DNA of 64,000 bases from Hypanus sabinus. Its lineage: Eukaryota. The stretch covers positions 59,582,001 to 59,646,000 of the forward strand of contig NC_082708.1 of assembly GCF_030144855.1 (NCBI RefSeq). Reading direction: 5' to 3'. The notes beneath the pieces were generated by a model, which ran no database searches, was not told the DNA's origin, and saw only the letters and a list, made by a program, of their open reading frames with translations. Positions 1 through 10,294 of the stretch are shown here, in pieces. A program made the position numbers and the translations under genes. Positions within the stretch are counted from its first letter, which is position 1. Every line of letters starts with the position of its first letter.

Positions 1-761
1 GTTCAAACCTTCTAGATCAGCCTACCATGCAAACAAAGTTAATAGCTTTATTACGCTGTTATTGTTTTACCTTATTCAAGCACAATGCACTATGTAATGA
101 TTCGATCTGTACAAACAGTATGCAAGGCATGCATTTCACTGTATCTTGGCACATGTGACAATAATAAACCAGTGCTCAAAATCCACACAGACAATGCCTA
201 CTGCCTGCTCTCATTAAATCACTTGCTCGCCTTCAAAAAGTTCAATTAAGAGACATGATTTCCCATGCAAACCCTGATCAAATGCAAATGAAAGTTGCTT
301 CTTAGAAACCAACCTGCAATTTTCCCACCACTAATGGAAAACTCACCTGCTTGTGGTTTTGTCCTTAAAGCCCTTCTTAAATAAAGGCACAACATTAGGT
401 ACCCTCCAGTCTTCAATTAACTCACCCATGGCTAAGGAAGATACAAATATTTCTTCTCTGGTTTCCCACACTTGGGCAGGCCCCAGTAATTTATTCACCT
501 TTATGCATTTTAAGACCACCAACAGATCCTCCTTTGTAACAACAGTATGTTTCAGAATATCACTTTTTCTTCCCTGAATTCATTAGCTACCATGTCCTTC
601 TTCCCAGTAAGTACATATCAGTCCTTGCCCATCTCCCTTATCACAATACACAAATTACAACACAGATTCTTAAGGGGGTCTATCCTGTCCTTTGCTACTC
701 TATTGTTTTTTTATATAGTTACAGAATCTTTTAGGATTGTCCTTTACATTATCTATCATTA

Positions 762-2330
762 ACACAGAACATAAACAAATCTACAGCACATTACAGGCTC
801 TTCGGCCCACAATATTGTGCCGACCATGTAACCTACTCTAGAAACTGCCTAGAATTTCCCTAGCACATAGCCCTCTATTTTTCTAAGCCCCATGTACCTA
901 GCTAAGAGACTCTTAAAAGACCCTATTGTATCTGCCTCTACCACCGTTGTTGGCAGTGCATTCCACGCACCCACCACTCTCTATATGAAAAACTTACCTC
1001 TGACTTCCCTCTAAAGCTATTTCCGAGCACCTTAAAACTTTGCCCCCTTGTTGTAGCTATTTCAGTCCTGGGAACAAGCCTCTGGCTACCCACACAATCG
1101 ATGCTTATCATCTTATACACCTCTATCAAGTCACCTCTCACGCTCCATTGCTCCAAGGAGAAAAGGTCAACCTTTTCCAATAAGGCACACTCTCCAATCC
1201 AGGCAATATCCTTGTAAATCTCTCTGCACTCTCTCTAGCCACATGCTTCTTGCAGTGAGGCGACCAGAGCCGAACACAGTACTCTAAGTGGGGTCTGACC
1301 AAGGTCTTATATAGCTGTGACATTAACGCACGGCTCTTGAACTCAATCCCACGACTGATGAAGGCCAACACACCATACGCCTTCTTAACAACACTGTCAA
1401 TCTGCACAACAGCTTTGAGTGTCCTATAGACATGGACTCCAAGATATCTCTGATCCTCCATACTGCCAAGAGTCTTACCATTAATATTTTATTCTGTCTT
1501 CAAATTTGATCTACCAAATGAGCCACTTCTTGCTTATCTGGGTTGCCACTTCTCAGCTTAGTTCTGCATCCTATCGATGTCCCACTGTAAACTCTGACAA
1601 CCCTCCAGACTATGCACAACACCCCCAACTTTTGTGTCATCAGCAAACTTACTAACCCACCCTTCTACTTCCTCATCCAGGTCATTTATAAAAATCACAA
1701 AGAGGAGGGGTCTAAGAACAGATCCCTGCAGAACACCACTGGTCACTGACCTCCATGCAGAATACAAACCACCTACAATCACCATTTGCCCTCTGTGGGC
1801 AAGCCAATTCTGGATCCACAATGCAAGGTCTCCTTGAAACCCATGCCTCCTTACTTTCTAAATGAGCTTCACATGAGGAACCTTAGCAAATGTCTTACTG
1901 AAATCCATATACACTACATCCACTGCTCCAACTTCATCAATGTGTTTTGATACATCCTCAAAGACATGACCTGCCCTTGACAAAGCTATGCTGACCATCC
2001 CTAATCAGATTATGTCTCTCCAAATGCTCATAAATCCTGCCTCTCAGGATCTTCTCCAACAGCTTGCCCACCATTGAAGTATCACTAGGCTACAACTTCC
2101 TGGGTTATATCTACTCCCTTTCTTGAACAAGGGAAGGACATTTGCAACCCTCCAATCCTCTGGTACTTCTCCAATCCCTATTGATGACACAAAGATCATT
2201 GCCAGAGGCTCAACCATCTCTTCCCTCACTTCCCACAGCAGCCTGGGGTATATCTCGTCCAGACCCAGCAACTTATCTTACTTAACGTTTTTTAAAAGCT
2301 CTAGCATATCCTCTTTCTTAATGTCTATAT
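762..2330 (-). mobile_element. CR1-type LINE, 5'-truncated and degenerate (RT plus 3' end)
   Basis: Minus-strand ORF fragments read VTSGVLQGSVLRPLLFVIFINDLD...KFADDTKVGG, LYKTLVRPHLEYC and VPEDWRVANVLPLFKKG. The CR1-type 3' end lies near 765-830. Confidence 0.9.
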
Positions 2331-2454
2331 GTTATGTGTTATATATTTATAAACATAAATATTTCATGCAATCTATTTTCCTTTCTAATCTCCTTCTTAA
2401 ATGTCCTTCTTCACCTTATCATTTCTTTTATTAGTTTGTGGGTCATAAACTGAG

Positions 2455-3915
2455 CTCAAAGTTCAAAATAAATTTATTACCAAAGTACACACTTGTCAGC
2501 ATATACAACCCTAAGATCCATTTCCTTGTGGGTATACTAAATTAATTCACAATAGAATAATAACCACAAAAGAATAAACAAAAGACTGCTCAAACTGAGT
2601 GTTCACCAGTGTGCAAAAGACAACAAAGTGTGCAAATACAAAAACGATGAAGTAATAATAAATAAATAAATAGATAGATAGATAAATAAATAAATAAGCA
2701 AGCAAGCAATAGGTATCAAGGACATGAGATGAAGAGCCCTTGAAAGTGAATCCACAAGTTGTTGGAACATTTCAGTGATGGAGCAACTGAAGTTGAGTAA
2801 AGTTACCCCTTTGGTTCAACAGCCTGATGGTTGATGGGTAATAACTAACAAGAGAAAATCTGCAGATGTTGGAAATTCGAGCAATTCACACAAAACAGTG
2901 GAAGAACTGAGCATGCCAGGCAGCATCTATTTTTTTCCATAGATGCTGTTTGGCCTGCCGAGTTTCTCCAGCCTTCTGTGTGTGCTGAGGGGTAATAACT
3001 GTTCCTGAACCTAGTGGAATGAGCCCTGAAGCTCTATACTTTCTTCCTGATGACAGCAGCAAGAAGAGAGGACGATCTGGGTGGTAGGGGTCCCTGATTA
3101 TGGATGCTGCATTCCTTCAACAACACTCCATGTAAATGTGCACAATAGTAGGGAGGGCTTTATCCATGAGGAACTGGGCAATATCCACTACATTTTGTAG
3201 GATTTTCTGTTCAAGGGCAATGGTGTTCCCATATCAGGCTGTGATGCAGCCAGCCAGAACACTCTACACTACGCATCCATGAAAGTTTGTCAAAGTTTTA
3301 GATGTCATGCTGAATTTTCACAAACTCCTAAGGAAGTAGAGGCGCTGCAGTACTTTCTTCATAATTGCACTTACATGCTGGGCTCAGGACAGGCCCTCTG
3401 AAATAACACCGAGGAATTTAAAGTTGTTGACCCTCTCCACCTCTAAGGACTGGCTCATGGACCTTTTTGGTTTTAATGACATTGAGTAGGAGGTTGTTGT
3501 TAAGGCACCATTCAGTCTGGTTTTCAATCTCCCTTCTATATGCTGATTCATCACCACCTCTGATTCAGCCTACAAAAGTGGTGTCCTCAGCAAACTTGAA
3601 TATGGCATTGGAGCTCTGCTTAGCTACATAGTCTTGGGTGGAAAGTGAGCACAGCAGGGGGCTACGCACATAGCCTTGAGGTGCACTTGTGCTGATAGAG
3701 ATTGTGGAGGAGATGTTGCCAGTCCAAACTGACTGAGATCTGCAAGTGAAGAAATAGAGGCTCCAATTGGACAAGAAGATATTGAGGCCAAGATCTTGAA
3801 GCTCATTGATTAGTTATGAGGGGATCATAGTATTGAAAGCCAAGCTGTTATCAATAAAGAGTATCCTGATGTATGCATTTTTGCTGGCCAGATGCTCCAA
3901 GGTTGAGTAAAGAAC
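2455..3915 (-). mobile_element. Rex1/Babar-like (CR1/L2 group) LINE fragment
   Basis: RT remnant SAPQG..SPLL.SL.TQD...IFKFAEDTT (3565-3774). The (TTTGAAC)-type tail reads TCAAAGTTCAAAATAAATTTATT at about 2456. Contains a compound (AAAT)/(AGAT)/(AAGC) microsatellite at about 2656-2708. Confidence 0.75.
2847..2983. mobile_element. Fold-back mini-insertion derived from the Penelope-like pseudo-LTR
   Basis: Inverted arms CCAGGCAGCATCTAT / ATAGATGCTGTTTGG. Flanked by a 17-bp near-duplication (2830-2846 vs 2984-3000, 15/17). Confidence 0.75.
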
Positions 3916-4487
3916 CTTTCAGGGTTTAGAGTACTTGATAGATCATTTCAGATGGCAGATTAGTGAACCATGTTACTGAGTTTATTGTTGCATACAGGCC
4001 AAAATGTATAACAAATTTCTATCCATAGAGGCAGGTGAATTGCAAAAGATCTTATAGCAATTTAATACAAAATACTCAACAAAGCTCAGGATTGAAACAA
4101 TACTGATATTTCTGCCCCATAAATCATATTTTAAAAATAATGTACAAGGGGAAGTCATTCACTCCCATGTCAACTAAAAGCACAGCAACTTATGTTTATC
4201 CTCCCTTCCCTGCTCTCAACCACAACTTCCACAACTGCTTGCCCAGAAACTTTAAATATGTTGTGTTTCTACCTTCCCACTATGTCAGGCAAAGTTCCAG
4301 ATGATTACCATTCATATATACACTTCTGCATGACCTGCCTCTATTCCTCTACTTCATGTCTGGTCCAATAAATGTAAGTATGTTGCATGTCTTTTTATTC
4401 TCTACCTATCCTGTTACTTTCAGAGACTAGAGAACATATGCTGCAAGCTCTCTCTGTTCTTGTTATCCCAATGTTCATCATACATTC

Positions 4488-4696
4488 AAAATGCCGCTGG
4501 AACACAGCAGGCCAGGCAGCATCTATAGGACGAAGCACTGTCGACGTTTTGGGCTGAGAACCTCCATCCTGAGGAAGGGTCTCGGCCCGAAATGTCGACA
4601 GTGCTTCTTCCTATAGATGCTACCTGGCCTGCTGTGTTCCACCAGCATTTTGTGTGTGTTGCTTGAATTTCCAGCATCTGCAGATTTCCTCGTGTT
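4488..4696 (+). mobile_element. Fold-back Penelope pLTR mini-element with minimal hammerhead ribozyme motif
   Basis: Inverted arms of about 75 bp. CTGAGGA-A-GGGTCTCGGCCC-GAAA-TG-TC-GAC at 4569-4599. 14-bp TSD (4474-4487 vs 4697-4710, 13/14). Confidence 0.8.
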
Positions 4697-4869
4697 TTCA
4701 TTATACATTCTCTTGGTTTGTCATTCCCCCCCCCCCCCATATTACCTTAAAAATCTGAATGCTGAGTTGCATTTGCCACTTTTATACCTAGCCAACAAGT
4801 GGTATATTCTTAAGTCACAGAACTTCTTTCGACAGTGCCACTGTTGGATCAACAGCAAGCATCTTAATT

Positions 4870-5100
4870 ATGCAAAACATTATACAGTACAGTGCCAGTG
4901 ACCTGGGTTCAATTCCCCTCACTGTCTGTAAGGAGTTTTTACATTCTCCCCAAGGCTGCGTGGCTTTCCTCCTGCCTGGTGCTCCAGTTTCCTCCCACAT
5001 TCCAAAGACGCACAGATTAATAGATCATATGGGTGTAATTGGCTGCCATGGGGTCTTTGGGCCAGAAAGATCTGTTACCACACTGCATCTCCAAATTTAA
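4870..5100 (+). mobile_element. HE1/V-SINE-type tRNA-derived SINE
   Basis: B-box GGGTTCAATTCCC, followed by a V-domain-like core GGAGTTT..CATTCTCCCC...GTGCTCCAGTTTCCTCCCACA.TCCAAAGAC. Confidence 0.75.
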
Positions 5101-5234
5101 AAAGACATAATTGCAAAAAGCACATATTTACATATTTACCCAGAGGGTTGCAAACCTTTGGAGTTCTCTCTGGGGAGGCTGAGTATATTCAAAGCATATT
5201 AATAGCCTTTTGGATAAATGGAAATCAGGTAATT

Positions 5235-5520
5235 TGGGGCGCACGGCAGCATAGTGGTAAACACAAGGCTTTACAGTACAGGGGACCTGTGTTGGAAAGC
5301 AACTCTGCCTGAAAAGAGTTTGTATGTTATCACTGCGTCTGCAGGAGTTTCTTCCAGGTTTCTTCACACAGTCCAAAGACGTATTGGTTGACAGGTTAAT
5401 TCAATTTTGCAAATTGTGCCATGGTTCGACTCACATTAAAACTGAGGGATTGCTGGATAGTATGGCTCAAAGGGCCAGATGGGCCTATTCTGCATTGTAT
5501 CTCAACAAAATAAGAACTTA
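5235..5520 (+). mobile_element. HE1/V-SINE-type SINE
   Basis: tRNA-like head GGGGCGCACGGCAGCATAGTGGT, core ..TTTCTTCACACAGTCCAAAGAC, and a tail resembling the CR1 3' end. Confidence 0.7.
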
Positions 5521-6340
5521 AAAAAACAGGGGCAGGGTGCAGCAATGAGCCCTATGAAACTCTATTTTCCAGTTACAAAAATTCCTGATTAATCTGACAG
5601 TTCTTTGTTTTATGCCAATAAGCATTTTTAAATCCAACTTGTCATTTTCTTTTGAAACCTTTCTTCATATCTTTTAAATTTCTCAAAGAATTTTGTCCAA
5701 TACCTTGACAAAAGCACTCCTTCCTAGCACCTCAGAAAAAAAATCAGTGCAATCAGTTACAATCTTCCCTTATTAAATCTTTCAGTAACTAAAAGTTTAG
5801 TTTCAGATTAGAATTTATAAATCATGGCTGATAAAATTAATAGGGGAATTACTTACTGAACTCAATTCTGTGACTAATAGTTCACTGGAATTTTCACCTC
5901 AAACGTTGGCATCAAAGAAAACACAAAGGCAATATTTAATCGTACGATTTATGATCCTTGGCATGGGGCAGGGGTGGAAGAGGAGTAAAATAACTATATC
6001 ACGCCCACTTCTAGAATTATCAATACACTGCATTGATGTCGTCAATGGAAACTAAGTATCCATCAAAAAATCGTCAGGGCTATTAAGATGGTGAGAGGGA
6101 AAGGGGTGAGAAATGGGGTTCTAACTCTGCATTCCCACAGAATCAGAAAGATGCCGGTCAGTCTGCCTGCCTGCAGCGCCTGCGTCACTTCGGTGTGAAG
6201 AACAGGGGCTCGTCCGTTCTCGAGTACCGAGCACCCAGGCAGTGGCCTAGGCGGTCAGCTTTCTTCCCATGCCTACGTTCCTCAGACAGACTGCCTTTTC
6301 CACTACGAATCAATAAGGCTGATGGCGCCTCAACACTCAC

Positions 6341-6424
6341 TTGTCCTCGCTCTTGTTTTTCTGTTTCTTTCCCATCTTCTTCGCAGTTTTCCTCTGTCAC
6401 TTTCTTAAAATCTCTTTCAGACAT
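6341..6424 (-). CDS. Putative first coding exon of an unidentified gene (MSERDFKKVTEENCEEDGKETEKQERGQ)
   Basis: ATG at 6424 within a CpG-rich region, then 28 codons and a consensus donor CAA|GTGAGT (phase 0). Promoter motifs lie just upstream. No homologue recognised. Confidence 0.5.
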
Positions 6425-6560
6425 ATGGCAAGGTGCGGGGGTCTGCGCGTGCGCGGCACCCGTTGACGCACAGCAGACTCCGAGTTCTGATTGGTTTGTT
6501 TAGCAAACCACCTGTAGGTTCAAGGGTCGAGAATCCGAGCGGAAGTAGAAAGAAGTGAGC
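6425..6560 (-). promoter_or_regulatory. CpG-rich promoter of the unidentified gene
   Basis: TGCGCGTGCGCG (NRF1-like), TGACGCA (CRE-like), CTGATTGGTT (CCAAT box) and GCGGAAGT (ETS) are clustered within about 120 bp. Confidence 0.55.
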
Positions 6561-7199
6561 GATGTGAATAAAGCGAAATTGAGGTTAGATTACGATATTG
6601 CCCAGACTGGGATATTGTTTTTATTTTTATATTTAATGCTAATACAAAATAATATAGTCAAACTGTGAGGCAGGAAACATATGTTTATTTTCAGGAACAA
6701 AAACAATCGTGTTATAAGGCCTCGATCGAAACGTCCACCATTGTTTTGTCCAGATACTGCTTGACCATCTGTGTTCTTCCAGCACTTTTTTTTACTACAG
6801 AGTCCATCACCTGAAGTCTTTTGACACTTACATTTGTTTTTAATTTTTTTTCTCTCGGTAATAAGGAAGTGTTGTCTTAAGCTTCCCAACCATTATAGCT
6901 AACTGACCTCGAGTCAAGAATTATCATTAAGACTTACTGCTTAACTTTCATTTTAGTTTGGAGATTATTTATCCTATTAAAACGTTAAAAACAAAGTATT
7001 AGCTGTTAATTTAAATTCATTGTTAGACACAAATTTACAAAGGATATAAATTCTCTGAAAATTTGCTTTTGAGGCAGCAAGATGAGGACAAACATTAATT
7101 AATTTAACTTAAGTTATACATAACTTACACTTTTGCAAAGTAAACATAACACTTACCCAAGATTAAGACTAAAGAAAAATGTGTATAGTTCAAGGTTCT

Positions 7200-8000
7200 G
7201 TTCAGGTTTTACGGGTTGGTTCATGAACCTGATGGCAGTGGGAAAACGTAAAAAATAAAGGAATAAGGTAGTTTTCATGGACCGTTCAGACACCTGATGA
7301 TTATGGAGGAGAAACTATTCCTGAATTGTTGAGTGTGTGTGTTCATAGTTAGTAACTCCTCTCTGACTGTAGTAATGAGAAAAAGAAATATCCCAGATGG
7401 TGTTGGATGCCACCTTATTGAGGCATTGCTTTTTGAACATGCCCTCAATGGTGAGAGGTTTGTGCTCTTGATGAAGCTGGCTGAGTTTATAATACTTTGC
7501 AGCCTGTTGCAATCCTTTTCATTGGAACCTCCATATAAGGCTATGTGCAACCCGTCGGAATGCTCTCCACTATACCTCTACAGAAAACTGCTTTGATGAA
7601 ATACCCAATCTGTTCAAACTCCCAATGAAGTAGAGCTGTTGGCATGCCTTCTTCATGATTGTTTCAATGTGTTGGGCCAAGACATGTCTTCAGAGATGTT
7701 GACAACCAGGATCTTAAAATGCTCACCCTTTCCACCGCTGATCAATCAATAAAGAGTGATGTGTGTTCTCCTGAACTCCTCAGTCAATTTCTTGGTTTTT
7801 CTGACATTGAATACAGAGTTGTTGTTGCAACACCGCTCAATCAGCCTTTCACATTCTTGTACAATTTCTCATTGCTACCTGAAATTTTACCAACAACAGT
7901 GATGTCATCTGAACTTATAGGTGGTGCTTTGAGTTATGCTTAGCTACACAGTCATGGTTGTGAGAGAAAAGAGCACCAGCCTAAGTATGTGTCCCTGAGG
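7200..8000 (-). mobile_element. Rex1/Babar-like LINE fragment
   Basis: Same family as 2455-3915: degenerate RT C-terminus and 3' region. Confidence 0.65.
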
Positions 8001-9337
8001 TGTAGCGGTCAAAGTTCAAAATAAATTTATTATCTAAGTATGTATATGCCACCATATACTGACTTGAGATTCATTTTCTTGCAGGCATTCATAGTAGAAC
8101 AAAGAAATGCAATAGAATCAATGAAAAACTACACACAAATACTGGCAAAACAAACAATGTGCAAAAGACAACAGTACAAATATTTAAAAGAAATATAATA
8201 AGTAAATAAGTAATACTGAGAATATGAAAGTGAGTCCATGGGTTGTGGAAACAGTTCAGTGTTAAGTTGAGTGAAGATATCCATGCTGGTTCAGGAGCAA
8301 GATCAGGTTGGATGTACTGTAGCTTTAGGACAAGAACTGTTAGGATGGACAAGAACAGCTTCTTCCCCCAGGCCGTAAGACAACTGAACTCGCTGCCACC
8401 ACCCAGATTTCCTCATGCATGAGTTTCACTAGTTGCGTTATACTGTTTACTTTTTAACCTACCTTATTATTTATTAATTTATTTGAGGTAATATTACTTT
8501 GTGTATGTGACTGTGCTGTGCACGTTAGTCCAAAGGAATGTTGTTTTTGGCGGTATATCAAAGGCCTTGCTGAAGTCCATGTAGAAAATATCCACTGTCT
8601 TGCCTTCATCAACTTTCCTGGTAACGTCATTGAAGAACTCTATAAGATTGGTTGGACATGACCTACCACTCACAAAGGCTGCTGACTATCCCTGATCGAT
8701 CCCTGTCTATCCAAATACTCATATATCCAGTCTCTTAGCCTTCCAATAACTTTCCCACTACTGATGTCAGGTTCACCAGCCTAAAATTTCCTGGTTTATT
8801 CTTAGAGTTTTTCCTAAACAGCAGAACAAGATTAGCTATCCTCCCATCCTCCTGTACCTCACCTGTCACTAAGGATGATTTAAAAAGCTCTGCTAAGGCC
8901 CCTGCAATTTCTGCTCTTACTTCCCACAGGTTTGGAGGAAACACTTCGTCAGGTCCTGGGGATTTGTCCACCCTGATTTGCCTAAAGACAGTAAACCTCC
9001 TCTGTAATCTGTATAGGGTCCATTGCCTCACTTCTGTAGACTCTGTGTCCATCTCCTGAGTAAATACAGATGCAAAAAAATCCATTCAGGATCTCCCCCA
9101 TCTCTTTTGGCTCCACATATAGCTTACCATTCTGATCGCTCAGAGGACCAATTTTGTCCCACGGAATCCTTTTGCTCTAAACATATCTGTAGATACCCTT
9201 AGTATTCTCTTTGACCTTGTCTGCTAGAACAACCTCATACCATCTTTTAGCCCTCCTGGTTTCTTTCTTAAGTGTTTGTGTGCATTTCTTATACTCCTCA
9301 AGTACCTCATTTGTTCCTACCTGCCTATACCTGCTAT

Positions 9338-9811
9338 TATTGGAGTATAAAAGTTGCATTGTTTGCTGTGTAACCAAAACTAAGTAGTCAGTGTTGAACT
9401 TGCTATTTGCTATGCATGTATCCAATTTAGTTTGCTGTGTAACCAAAACTATGTAGTCAGCTTTGAACTTGCTATTTGCTATGCATGTATCCAATTTAGT
9501 AGGAGAATGAAATCTTAAGAATGTAGAAGACAATGGTGTGTTAATGAGAGGTAGCTAAGATGTAGATTAAGTCAATGGGTAGAAACAATAGTGGCGGATG
9601 TACTTGTGATACGCAACTGTAGACCCGATTGGATATGCTAATGCAACTAAACCAGGAGATTGCTATAAAAAATGCTATGTACAAGGATCGGTGGGCAATC
9701 AGTGACTAGCTCAATGACTGTCTCAGCTTTGATTTGCAAATTAAAGTTTAACCCTTCTGGAAGAATCTTCTGCGTCTCCTGGTTGTTTGTGGGGCATGAG
9801 AAACCATGACA
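9338..9811 (+). mobile_element. Solo LTR (474 bp) with 4-bp TSD CTAT
   Basis: CTAT at 9334-9337 and 9812-9815, and the element ends in ...GACA. ATTGG 9628, TATAAAA 9664, ATTAAA 9740. Removing it restores the host CR1 sequence. Confidence 0.8.
9361..9498 (+). repeat. 69-bp tandem duplication inside the LTR U3 region
   Basis: 9361-9429 and 9430-9498 are near-identical, and each contains CCAAT. Confidence 0.95.
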
Positions 9812-10294
9812 CTATGCACCTCCTTTTTTTCTTCATAACTTTAACATCTCCCAAAAAATAAAGGTTTCCTAAGCCTGGTGTCTTTGCCTTATATTTTGAC
9901 AGGCACATACAACCTTTGGACTCTCAAAATTTGTTTTTGAAGGCCTCCCACTTTCCAAGAAACAGCTTGTCTCAATTGACACTTGCCAGCTCCTTTCTGA
10001 CTCCATCAAAATTGGCCTTTCTCCAATTTAGAATCTCAGCCTGAGGAACTAGCCTGTCTTTTCCATAATTACCGTGAAACTCATGGCATTATGATCATTA
10101 GACGCAAAGTGTTCCTACACAAATTTCTGTCTCAATCCTTAATAGGACATCAAGCATGGCACATTCTCTTATTAGGATTTCTATGTACTGATTAACGAAC
10201 CTTCGTGAGCACATTTGACAAACTCTATGCCATCTAGTCCTTTTAAAGTATAGGAATCCCAGTCAACATGTGGAAAGCTAAAGTCACTAACCTT

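Larger units (their letters stand above)
8560..10290 (-). mobile_element. CR1 LINE fragment (endonuclease to RT start), interrupted by a solo LTR
   Basis: DFSFPHVDW (APE endonuclease region), FFASVFT..DKSPGPD and GNFRLVNLTSVVGKLLE. Confidence 0.85.

Noticed and set aside
9177-9533. 118-aa ORF with an internal peptide repeat
   Set aside because: It is an artefact of the 69-bp LTR duplication read into CR1 sequence.
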